A stretch of DNA of 14,368 bases, taken from NCBI GenBank assembly GCA_039683575.1, contig JBDKRC010000086.1, positions 1-14,368 on the forward strand, in the 5' to 3' direction. The position numbers and the translations under genes are program-made. The DNA comes from Armatimonadia bacterium. Its GTDB lineage: Bacteria; Armatimonadota; Zipacnadia; Zipacnadales; UBA11051. The notes under the pieces were generated by a model. The model did not search any database and was not told where the DNA came from. It saw only the letters and a list, made by a program, of their open reading frames with translations. Positions 5,979 through 13,764 of the stretch are shown here, one piece after another (the first letter of the stretch is position 1; each line of letters starts with the position of its first letter).

Positions 5979-8879
5979 ATGATGGCGGAAGTGGTTCGGC
6001 TCGGGGATGTTTGTGGGCTGGCGGTGCGTGAGGCGCGGACTGTCTATGGAGTGGCGGAGTTCGTGGTGCCGGGGGGGACCTTGCGGGCGCGAGTGTATAA
6101 GGCGCGGACGCCTGATGTAGTGCTGGAAGGGGCGCAGGTCTGGCTGGTGCAGAGAATTGCGCCGGGGCAGGAGGGGGAGGACGAGCCGGAGCTACTGGAT
6201 CAGTATGTGTTGATGGTTGATGATCCATATTGGGGGCGGATGATCGCGCCGGAGGTGTTTGCCGCAGCGCCCTTTGAACAGACTTTTGTCATGGGGTACC
6301 GGGTTAGGGGGCGGATTCTGCATGATGGCGTGCCCGTGGAAGGGGCTAACGTCAGCCTCGAGGGTGTGCTTGAGGACGATCAGGCGCGGCAGAGCTTGTT
6401 CTGGGACAGTCTGGAGTACAACGAACTCATCTGGTCGCAGAAGTATGAGACTTACGTCGAGGGCTCCCAAGTATACGCGCCGATCATGACCAACGCCGAC
6501 GGGCGTTGGTCTTTCATTTGCCCAAAGGGGCACGGAGCGATCTACCAGCGAGAGGGCGACAAGCCGAGTTGGGTAAGTACGCTGGCGCGGAAGGTTGTGA
6601 GGCTTTGCGCGGTGTACCAGGGGCGGCGGGCGGAGCTGATGGAGGAGAACGAGGCGATCATCGATGTGCTTAGCGGCAAGCTTCGGGTCTATGGGGAGCC
6701 GGGGGCGATGGTGCGGGTGAGCACGCTCGACGAACGGGGCCAGAGCTGCGTGGTGGCTGAGGGCGGGACGCTGATCGAGGGGCTGCCAGGCGGTGAGCAC
6801 AACGTGGTGCAGTTCAAGCGGGGGCCGGGCGGAGACTGGGATGCGGAGTGGGGGTGCGCACGGCAGACGGTGACTGTTGTCGAGGGCGAGACGGTCAGCG
6901 TCAACATGGGCTTGATGGAGTACTACGACCCGGGCGCGGGGCTGATCGCCGGGCGGGTGTATGAGCGGATGGGGGTTCCGGCGAGCGGCGTGGCGATCGT
7001 GGCGGTTAACTTCGAGACGGGACAAATCGGGGAGACGCTGGCCACTACGGATGAGGGCGGTTACTGGGAAGTACAGATACCCGAGGAGGGGCTGGGCGGC
7101 GATCCCTGGGTCTGCGATGGCAAGTGGGGCTCGGTGCCGCTCCTGGGCTTCCCGTACTCGGATGTGGTGCTGGGGGCGCGGGCTTACTCGGCATGGCCGG
7201 CGATGTACCAGCCGGAGGCGTGGCGCAAGGGGCCTCGGGGGCATGCGAACTTCACGTATGTGCCGGAGGCAATGTGGCTCGTGGACAACGAGGACGGGAC
7301 GACGCATGAGACGGTGGAGACGGCGTATGGCGGGTGGGTGACGGAAGAGGCACTGCCGAAGTTCCGGTGTTTGAGCGTGGAGAAGTTGCTGGTGACGGGG
7401 CCGCAGCTCAAGGAGTATAGCCTGCACTCGAGCAGTGGCGTCGTACTGGGCAGTTGTTACCTCGACGCGCAGCCATTTGAGGACTATGAGACGCTGCCAG
7501 GACAATACCGGGCGGCGGGGTTCTACCCCGAGATGAAGCTGCTGATTGGCGGGAAGGTCAAGGGCTGGGCGGTGGTCGGTGATGAGGAACCGATTGGACT
7601 GGAGATGGCAGAGGCGCACCGGGTGGGGCTGGAGTTCGGGCGCCATGAGTGGTACACGGAGATCGGCGCGTGGAGGGACGCCGGCGAGCCGCCCGCGCCA
7701 ATAGAAGGGGAGGCGCCTGCGCCACCAGAGGGGGAGGCGGCGATATCCGAGGGGACTGGGCTCCAGAATGTGGTCGGGTGGACGGACCTGGTGTGCCCGT
7801 ACTGCGGAGGACCCGCGTGGCGGGACCCGGATGCGTTTGGGTACGTGCGAGGGTTCTGCTGCCAGTGCGCGGAGATGTTCGGGCCTGGAGACGCGATGGA
7901 TGCGCGGACGCACTTCACGCTGCCGACGGTGCGGGGCGCGACGGGCTGGGGGACGCGGGCGCGTCTGGTGATGCGGAGCGGGGGCTGCAAGAGCTATGGC
8001 TTCAAGTGGCACTGGCGGCCTGAGGTCTATGATGAGACTGAGGACTTCCTGGTGCAGGGCGGGCCGGGGCAGGCTACCAATGCGCCGCGGTGGTTTGCGC
8101 GGCATGTGGATGAGATGGGTGATGGGAAGGGGTTCGGGGGGTATGACGCCAGTACATCTCCCCCATTCACGGCGGGACATGATCTGGGCTACTTCGAGGG
8201 CTTGCCGGAGGTGCAGCGGGGGCTGGGGCTGACGCAGATGAAGCTGCTATTTCCGTGGGGATACGAGCAGGCAGAAAAAGTGACGCTTGAGGTTGACTGC
8301 CGGCGGGTGGATTACCAGGTTGAGACGCTGACGGTGAAGATACCGGCCGGGGTGAAGGGGCCGGACGAAGAGAAGCCGCTGAGTGACGTGGTGAAGGTGT
8401 CGGGGGCGCATAAGTGGGCAGCGGAGAAGAAGACGACACCCTTTGCGGGGACGGGACTGTACCGGGAAGTGCTGAGGGTGCGGCTGGTTGAGCCGGTGGG
8501 GGCGGAATGCAAGTTCAGGATTGTCAATGATGCGCCGTTTATGGCACCGACGGCGGGAGTGGTGGTCGAGGAGCGGAAGGCGGCGCTGGTGGCGCTACAG
8601 ATCGGCGGCGGGGGCAAGACTAGCGGACCGCACCTGCTTGATGATGGGATTGGGCAGGTGTTTGTGTTCTACGAGCGCGACGGGCAGATCTGGATGCGGC
8701 GGCGCGAAGGGCTGCCTGGAGGGTGGCTGGAGCCGAAGCAGGTGACGCAGGAGGGGGAAAACCGGGAGCCGTGCGCGGAGAAGGATCGGAGCGGAAGGTT
8801 GCGGCTGTGGTGGGAGCGCGAGGGCGGGCTGAAGAATGCCGTGTCGGCGGATGACGGCGAGAGCTGGGTGGAGGTGTAG
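5979..8879 (+). CDS. Large (966 aa) putative tail-tip/adsorption protein: two carboxypeptidase-regulatory/prealbumin-like beta-sandwich domains, a CxxC...CxxC motif and C-terminal propeller-like blades with an Asp-box
   Basis: VRGRILHDGVPVEGANVSL...TNADGRWSF and IAGRVYERMGVPASGVAIVA...TTDEGGYWEV; CPYC-x17-CCQC; terminal SADDGESW. Codon usage matches the neighbouring genes. Confidence 0.6.
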   Translation: MMAEVVRLGDVCGLAVREARTVYGVAEFVVPGGTLRARVYKARTPDVVLEGAQVWLVQRIAPGQEGEDEPELLDQYVLMVDDPYWGRMIAPEVFAAAPFEQTFVMGYRVRGRILHDGVPVEGANVSLEGVLEDDQARQSLFWDSLEYNELIWSQKYETYVEGSQVYAPIMTNADGRWSFICPKGHGAIYQREGDKPSWVSTLARKVVRLCAVYQGRRAELMEENEAIIDVLSGKLRVYGEPGAMVRVSTLDERGQSCVVAEGGTLIEGLPGGEHNVVQFKRGPGGDWDAEWGCARQTVTVVEGETVSVNMGLMEYYDPGAGLIAGRVYERMGVPASGVAIVAVNFETGQIGETLATTDEGGYWEVQIPEEGLGGDPWVCDGKWGSVPLLGFPYSDVVLGARAYSAWPAMYQPEAWRKGPRGHANFTYVPEAMWLVDNEDGTTHETVETAYGGWVTEEALPKFRCLSVEKLLVTGPQLKEYSLHSSSGVVLGSCYLDAQPFEDYETLPGQYRAAGFYPEMKLLIGGKVKGWAVVGDEEPIGLEMAEAHRVGLEFGRHEWYTEIGAWRDAGEPPAPIEGEAPAPPEGEAAISEGTGLQNVVGWTDLVCPYCGGPAWRDPDAFGYVRGFCCQCAEMFGPGDAMDARTHFTLPTVRGATGWGTRARLVMRSGGCKSYGFKWHWRPEVYDETEDFLVQGGPGQATNAPRWFARHVDEMGDGKGFGGYDASTSPPFTAGHDLGYFEGLPEVQRGLGLTQMKLLFPWGYEQAEKVTLEVDCRRVDYQVETLTVKIPAGVKGPDEEKPLSDVVKVSGAHKWAAEKKTTPFAGTGLYREVLRVRLVEPVGAECKFRIVNDAPFMAPTAGVVVEERKAALVALQIGGGGKTSGPHLLDDGIGQVFVFYERDGQIWMRRREGLPGGWLEPKQVTQEGENREPCAEKDRSGRLRLWWEREGGLKNAVSADDGESWVEV

Positions 8880-8881
8880 CG

Positions 8882-9187
8882 ATGGGCGCGATAGCGGGGC
8901 TGACCTACCCGACGATAGTGGAGCACAACGGGCTGGTGTACCTGACCGGATACAGGGATGGGAAGATGTGCTTCCGGCGGAGTGCGGACGGGGGCAGGAG
9001 CTGGCTACGGTTTGTGGACGGGAGCGAGGAGAAGGAGATCGGGCCGGGTGAGGAGGCGCGCGCGGGGCTGGTGAAGGTGGAGAGCGGCGGGCGGAGGCTA
9101 TTGGCGGCGGTGGCGAACGGGGCGGTGATAGAGGTGTACGTTAGCGTGGATGATGGGGAGACGTGGGCGATGGAGGGGGAGGTTTGA
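8882..9187 (+). CDS. Small BNR/Asp-box repeat protein (101 aa)
   Basis: Two Asp-boxes, SADGGRSW and SVDDGETW. It starts 2 nt after the upstream stop, with a GGAGG RBS. Confidence 0.75.
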   Translation: MGAIAGLTYPTIVEHNGLVYLTGYRDGKMCFRRSADGGRSWLRFVDGSEEKEIGPGEEARAGLVKVESGGRRLLAAVANGAVIEVYVSVDDGETWAMEGEV

Positions 9188-9191
9188 CTGG

Positions 9192-9227
9192 CCCTCACCC
9201 CCGGCCCCTTTCCCAGAAGGAGAGGGG
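9192..9227 (+). repeat. Intergenic CCCTCACCCC...CCCTCTCCC...GGAGAGGGG-type palindromic repeat
   Basis: CCCTCACCCCCGGCCCCTTTCCCAGAAGGAGAGGGG resembles a widespread bacterial extragenic repeat, with stem CCCCTTTCC/GGAGAGGGG. Confidence 0.65.
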
Positions 9228-9310
9228 CGCAAGAGGCATTCAGGCCATCTGGTGCCCTGCGGTCGGGCGCTTGAGAGGACAAGATGGCGACGTGGAAGTG
9301 AGGTGGGTAT

Positions 9311-11599
9311 ATGAGCAGGAGTTACCCGATTGCGCGGGTGCGCGTTTATGAGGCCGGGCAGGAGGCCTATGCCCGGTATGACGGGTTTGGACGATACGAT
9401 GTGGCGGGGGATTTGTTTGCGGAGCAGGCGGTGCGGGTCAGTGAGGTTGATCCGGCGGAGCTTGGGATCTGGAGCGGGCAGGGATACCGCGCGCCGATGC
9501 CGGCGGCCATGCATGTTCGGGCGGGTGGGCTCAATACTGTGATGTGCCGGCCGTTTCTGGATACGACACAGGCGATCGGCCTGGGGCACTTTGCGCCGGT
9601 GGCGGGGACGTGGCGGGGGCTGAAGGGGCTGGGACTGGGGCAGGAGGTGAAACTCTACCAGTCGGATGGCACCAGCAACCGCGTGACGGGGATGGAGAGC
9701 AGGTTTGCGCTGCCGCATAACCCGCTGTTTGCGCTGTCATTGTATCGGGCGGAGCCGGGACCTGAGCATGACTGGGGACAGCCGCCCTATACCGAGATCC
9801 ACTTCGGGATTGGCGAGCAGGATGAGTGGGCGCTGGTGATACCTTACGGGGCACCGATGTTTGTGATGCGGCGGCGCGGCGGGCAGTGGACGCGGGTGCA
9901 TGACAAAGAGAAGGCAGTGCGGTGGCCGACGCTGGAAGGTGTGGCGAAGGGGCAGCGGCTGTTTCTGTGGATCGGGGCACTGCGAGGACGGCTGGCGATT
10001 TCAACGGACGGGTTCGCGGATGATGTGTGGGTGTGCGAGACGCCGGAGCCGCTGAGCATCAAGAGCAGCAAGGTGACGCTCTGGCATAATGCAGGGCAGT
10101 GGGCGTTTTCGTTCCTGCCGATCAAGATGACGCCGGCGAAGGTGTACGGGCCCGTGATCGAGACGGGATATCCCAGCGTGGCCTCGAAGGGCGAGGTGAC
10201 GCTGGAGGGGCGGATGATCCCTGTGGTGGATGATGCGGGGGCGATGCTGTCGGCACCGCTGCTGCTCGATGACAGCCTGGCACGGGAGGGACTGACCGAG
10301 ACGCAGCGGTCGTGGCAGGTGCAGATGGCGCCACACCGGCATATTGAGGAAGGCGTGGGCGTGGACCCGGATACGGGGCAGGCGGTGGACTTTGAGACGT
10401 GGGTGTCGCCTGAGTGGCTGGCTACGCAGGTGGCGCAGGAGGCTGAGGTGGCGAAGTGCGCGGCGCCAGTGTACCACGACCTGAGTACCGATGCCATTGC
10501 GGTGCACGGGGAGCATGCGCAGGACAAGGCGACGGCGCGGTATCAGGTGGCTCTCGACAACCAGCGCGGCCAACACGCGGAACTCAGGGAGTACAGGCGG
10601 GCCAGCGTGGCAGTTGGGTGGAAGATGAGCGATGGGACGGAGGCGCTGGTGGAGGTGATTGACGGGCAGGTAGTGGAGCCGCCGGTGGTGGCCATGCCCG
10701 GAGGGACCAGCGAGACGCGGATCAGTATTCTGGATCCGATGCTGCGACTCAGGGATGAGAAGGCGGACGGGCGGACGCCGGTGTTTGACGGGTGGCCGGT
10801 GGTGAAGGTGATCCGGTGGGTGCTGGCGCGGTGCGGGGTGCCGGTGACGGAGCAGGACCTTGAGGACACCGGGACGGTGCTGAGCAGCGGGACCGTGGAG
10901 CAGCCGGTCTGGCAGGTGGAGCCGGGCCGGTCGTGGGTGGAGTTTCTGCAGGAGGTTGCACGGTTCGACTACAACGCGGCGATCTGGTTCGATGAGGTGG
11001 GGGCGTTCCGCAAGACCTGCCGGTATTGCCGACAGAAGCGGACGGCGGCGGAGGTGACGCGTCATGACGGGACGCTTGAGGGGGCGTGCGACAACACCGT
11101 GCGCTGGGAGATGTACACGCGAGGGAAGGTGGCCCCGAATCCGCAGGCCGCGGGTGAGGTGCTGGATTTGCGGCGGACGCGGAAGAGCCTGGCGCCGGAG
11201 GAGTATGCCAACTATGTCGTGGTGAGCGGCATGGATGAGGCGGGGCGGCCCGTGAAGGCCGTGACGTTTGATGCGGCTTCCCTGTATGACGCGGCGTCGG
11301 AGCAGTACGTGGGTTGGCGCAAGATGGAGGTGGTGACACTGCCGGGGCGGAGTTCACAGGAGGCGGTCAACCGGATAGCCGCGGAGAGACTGGCGGAGTT
11401 GTCGGCGAGGCCAGAGCATGTGCGGATGGTGACGCCGCTGTTGCCCGAGGCGCGAGTCGGGCAGGTGCTGAGGATCAGCGGCGGGGAGAAGATGGGCGTG
11501 AACGGGCAGTGCTACCGGATCGAGGCGGTGCGGCACCAGGTGGAGCGGAGGCAGGATGAGGTGGCGACGACGGTGGTGGAGGCGAAGTGGCTGGGATAG
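9311..11599 (+). CDS. Baseplate hub / tail-tip protein (gp27/gpD-like fold in the C-terminal half) with an N-terminal beta-sandwich region
   Basis: 762 aa with a GAGGTG RBS. Hub-like motifs: VALDNQRG, WVEFLQEVA....AIWFDEVGAF, ANYVVVSG, AVNRIAAERLAELS....VRMVTP..PEARVGQVLRI, YRIEAVRH. Confidence 0.7.
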   Translation: MSRSYPIARVRVYEAGQEAYARYDGFGRYDVAGDLFAEQAVRVSEVDPAELGIWSGQGYRAPMPAAMHVRAGGLNTVMCRPFLDTTQAIGLGHFAPVAGTWRGLKGLGLGQEVKLYQSDGTSNRVTGMESRFALPHNPLFALSLYRAEPGPEHDWGQPPYTEIHFGIGEQDEWALVIPYGAPMFVMRRRGGQWTRVHDKEKAVRWPTLEGVAKGQRLFLWIGALRGRLAISTDGFADDVWVCETPEPLSIKSSKVTLWHNAGQWAFSFLPIKMTPAKVYGPVIETGYPSVASKGEVTLEGRMIPVVDDAGAMLSAPLLLDDSLAREGLTETQRSWQVQMAPHRHIEEGVGVDPDTGQAVDFETWVSPEWLATQVAQEAEVAKCAAPVYHDLSTDAIAVHGEHAQDKATARYQVALDNQRGQHAELREYRRASVAVGWKMSDGTEALVEVIDGQVVEPPVVAMPGGTSETRISILDPMLRLRDEKADGRTPVFDGWPVVKVIRWVLARCGVPVTEQDLEDTGTVLSSGTVEQPVWQVEPGRSWVEFLQEVARFDYNAAIWFDEVGAFRKTCRYCRQKRTAAEVTRHDGTLEGACDNTVRWEMYTRGKVAPNPQAAGEVLDLRRTRKSLAPEEYANYVVVSGMDEAGRPVKAVTFDAASLYDAASEQYVGWRKMEVVTLPGRSSQEAVNRIAAERLAELSARPEHVRMVTPLLPEARVGQVLRISGGEKMGVNGQCYRIEAVRHQVERRQDEVATTVVEAKWLG

Positions 11600-11612
11600 G
11601 AGGCGAAGCGGG

Positions 11613-11819
11613 TTGGATATTGTGCAGGTGACGCGGCGGATCGTGGACCAGCAGGTGCGGCCGGGGCAGAGGGCTGGGACGACGGTGGCGGGGACCGTGC
11701 CGCAGGCGGGGGCGATGCGGGGCAGCGGGAAGTTCCTGAAGCGCGTGGCGGCGGACGGGACGGTGCGGGAGAGCGGGGTCTACGGCAGGGCGCGGTACGG
11801 ACGGAGTTGCTGGAGCTAG
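11613..11819 (+). CDS. Small basic hypothetical tail-associated protein (68 aa)
   Basis: AGGAGG (11598-11603) lies 9 nt before TTG at 11613. It fills the gap between the hub and fibre genes and ends in YG.ARYG..CWS. Confidence 0.6.
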   Translation: MDIVQVTRRIVDQQVRPGQRAGTTVAGTVPQAGAMRGSGKFLKRVAADGTVRESGVYGRARYGRSCWS

Positions 11820-11843
11820 AGATGATCGTGGAGCGTGAATGGC

Positions 11844-12545
11844 ATGGCGGGGACGACTGAGTTCTATGGGTTGACGACGGGCGTTGTGACCGACGATTTC
11901 GTCGAGGCGGATCACCATAATCGGGTGGCGGATACGCTGGACCGGGTGTTGGGGAGTGTGCTGACGAAGCTGCTGGCGCCGGGCGTGTATGCGGGATGGG
12001 AGGTAGACCTGCTGGGGCAGGTTGGGTCTGGTGAAGGGCTGGTCGGCGGGTGTTGGTGCCGGACGGTGGCAGCGCAGGCGATTGAGGGGTTGACGGCAGG
12101 GGCGACCAACTATGTGTTTGGGCGGGTGGATGCGGGTTCTGCATCACAGGGCACGGTGAGCTTCTTCGCCCAGCTTAGTGCGGTGAAGCCGGCGGGGGCG
12201 GTGCTGCTCGGGAGTGTCGAGGTCGATGGTGCCGGGCAAGTCGTGAGCGCCAATTGCACGCTGCCGAGCGTGGACCGGCATTGCGTGCGGATGGAACTGG
12301 CGCCCTTGAGCGGGAGCGGGATGGTGACGGCGGTGGCGCCGAATGAGGAGTTCGTGGCGCAGGTGTCGCATGGCGCGACGATGCGGGTGCCAGGGGCAAT
12401 AGGGTTTGCGTCTAGTAGCCCGGATTTCACGTGGGAATTGGGCGAGACGTGGCGCGGGGATGGGTTCGCGGTGAAGGGGCGAAACAACGGGGCGGTAGAG
12501 GCGGATTTCGTCTATACGTGGACGCGGCAGGGGTTCGTGGAGTAG
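11844..12545 (+). CDS. Putative tail fibre / receptor-binding-associated protein (233 aa)
   Basis: N-terminal MAGTTEFYGL...DHHNRVADTLD resembles fibre attachment segments. GVYAGWEV...VGSGEGLVGG...TNYVF...P.GAVLLGSV is typical of minor tail proteins. Confidence 0.6.
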   Translation: MAGTTEFYGLTTGVVTDDFVEADHHNRVADTLDRVLGSVLTKLLAPGVYAGWEVDLLGQVGSGEGLVGGCWCRTVAAQAIEGLTAGATNYVFGRVDAGSASQGTVSFFAQLSAVKPAGAVLLGSVEVDGAGQVVSANCTLPSVDRHCVRMELAPLSGSGMVTAVAPNEEFVAQVSHGATMRVPGAIGFASSSPDFTWELGETWRGDGFAVKGRNNGAVEADFVYTWTRQGFVE

Positions 12546-12554
12546 CCGGTGATA

Positions 12555-12652
12555 GTCGCGATCGGTGATCGCTCGTACGGGACGATATCGAGAGATAGAA
12601 GCGACGGCGATCGTTGGTCGACGATCATCGCGGTCTGGTGACCGCTCCTACA
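12555..12652 (-). repeat. REP cluster: family A copy 3 (12555-12578), a short hairpin (12609-12626) and a GTAG REP (12628-12652)
   Basis: GTCGCGATCGGTGATCGCTCGTAC; GATCGT-TGGTCG-ACGATC; minus strand TGTAGGAGCGGTCACCAGACCGCGA, a classic GTAG-GAGCG REP. Confidence 0.85.
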
Positions 12653-12689
12653 GGCAGCCGTGGGTGGCGTTACTGAAGAAGGTATAGAT

Positions 12690-13028
12690 ATGAGGGAGAT
12701 CATTCGTCTCTGGGCCGGAGTGGGTCCAGAGACGAAACTGTTTCTGACGTTGACGATGGCGGGCGTTCTGGGGGCGCTGGCTACTACGGCGCTGGACCGC
12801 AAGCCGCTGGTCATGCCGCGAGTACGGCATGGGGCGCTGTACCTGGGTTTCCTGGGGACGCTGATCACCTCGGTAGTGGCGGCTCATGCGGTGGATCACG
12901 GGTTCAGCACGGCGCTGGTGGCGGCAGTGTGCGGGGGAGCGACACTACGGCGACTGAAGGCGGAGATCGACCGAGGATTTGACCGCGAACAGCGGCGATT
13001 GGAGGGCGAGCGCCGGGATGGGGACTAA
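12690..13028 (+). CDS. Small multi-pass membrane protein, DUF4257-like (holin/antiholin candidate)
   Basis: AGVLGAL...LVMPR....LYLGFLGTLI..VVAA pattern, about 3 hydrophobic segments and a charged C-terminal tail. Confidence 0.6.
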   Translation: MREIIRLWAGVGPETKLFLTLTMAGVLGALATTALDRKPLVMPRVRHGALYLGFLGTLITSVVAAHAVDHGFSTALVAAVCGGATLRRLKAEIDRGFDREQRRLEGERRDGD

Positions 13029-13371
13029 CGAATGGATGGTGATCGTGCCAGCGGCGGCGGAGGGGCTGCTGCTGACGGCTTGCCTGCTGGTGTGGATGAA
13101 GCTGCGGACGCTGCGGGTGAGCGGGGTGTGCGAGCTGACGCTGGGGGCGATCACGGTGGACGCAGCGGTGCAGAGCTGGCAGCTTTGGCTGCGGGCGGGC
13201 GGCCCGGCAGGTGTGGCGTGGCTGCTGCACGCGATGCTGTCGTACGTGATGGTGTATGTGCTGTACCGGCTGGGAGAGTTGCTGTGGCGACTGCGGGAGC
13301 AGAAAGAGGGGGCTTGTGCGGCGAAACGCTGGGTTGGGCCAGCGACGCCGGAGCAGATAGAGGTCGGATGA
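13018..13371 (+). CDS. Hypothetical membrane protein (117 aa, about 3 TM segments)
   Basis: ATG overlaps the 3' end of the upstream gene; three hydrophobic stretches; located in the lysis module. Confidence 0.6.
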   Translation: MGTNEWMVIVPAAAEGLLLTACLLVWMKLRTLRVSGVCELTLGAITVDAAVQSWQLWLRAGGPAGVAWLLHAMLSYVMVYVLYRLGELLWRLREQKEGACAAKRWVGPATPEQIEVG

Positions 13372-13396
13372 GACCAGGCTGAGGAGGAGAAGGAGT

Positions 13397-13693
13397 ATGG
13401 GTGATGTGATCGGATCGGTACTGCGGGATGTTGTGAGCCCGACGCTGGGCGCGGGGCTGATGGTGGCGGGGTTCTCGTTTGTGCGCGAGTGGGCGCGGCA
13501 GATGAAGGATGAGCGGAAGAGGAAGCTCGTTTTGGCGCTGGTGCGGGCGGCAGAGCAGCTCTATGGTCCCGGTAAGGGCGAGGCGAAACGGCGGTATGTG
13601 CGGGAGAAGGCCAAGCAGAGCGGCCTGGGTGAGGTGGCTCGCGAGCAGGTTGAGGCGGCGGTCTATGAGCTGACACAGGAAGCGGCGCAGTAG
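13397..13693 (+). CDS. Phage holin, LL-H family
   Basis: One N-terminal TM segment followed by LVRAAEQLY...KGEAKR.YV...QVEAAVYEL, the family signature. AAGGAG/GAGGAG RBS upstream. Confidence 0.85.
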   Translation: MGDVIGSVLRDVVSPTLGAGLMVAGFSFVREWARQMKDERKRKLVLALVRAAEQLYGPGKGEAKRRYVREKAKQSGLGEVAREQVEAAVYELTQEAAQ

Positions 13694-13712
13694 CCACAGC
13701 GGCGTAAGAGAA

Positions 13713-13749
13713 GGGCCGCCACCTCGGAGTGAGGTGGCGGCTTATTTCT
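13713..13749. terminator. Probable bidirectional intrinsic terminator
   Basis: Perfect 11-bp stem GCCGCCACCTC/GAGGTGGCGGC (13715-13741) with a 5-nt loop, followed by TTATTTCT on + and a pyrimidine tract on -. It lies between convergent genes. Confidence 0.75.
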
Positions 13750-13764
13750 GCGTATAGGAGCGGC

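Larger units (their letters stand above)
1..13693 (+). mobile_element. Phage-derived (siphovirus-like) neck-tail-lysis gene cluster: domesticated prophage or GTA-like element, continuing beyond the left edge
   Basis: Co-directional genes in canonical neck, tube, chaperone, tip, holin order. Confidence 0.8.

Noticed and set aside
8800-9187. Functional sialidase
   Set aside because: Only Asp-box motifs are present; the protein is too short for a catalytic six-bladed propeller and no catalytic motif was seen.
3978-11357. Long minus-strand ORFs (3978..5276, 6192..8180, 10001..11065 and others)
   Set aside because: These are Pro/Arg/His-rich shadows of G-rich + strand genes, with no recognisable domains.
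2014-12545. Contractile injection system, R-type tailocin or T6SS
   Set aside because: No sheath, gp25, baseplate J/wedge, VgrG/PAAR or AAA ATPase was recognised. The neck and chaperone-frameshift layout is siphovirus-like.
5979-12545. Diversity-generating retroelement or invertible tail-fibre cassette
   Set aside because: No reverse transcriptase or recombinase, and I saw no ~100-bp repeat pair differing at adenines.
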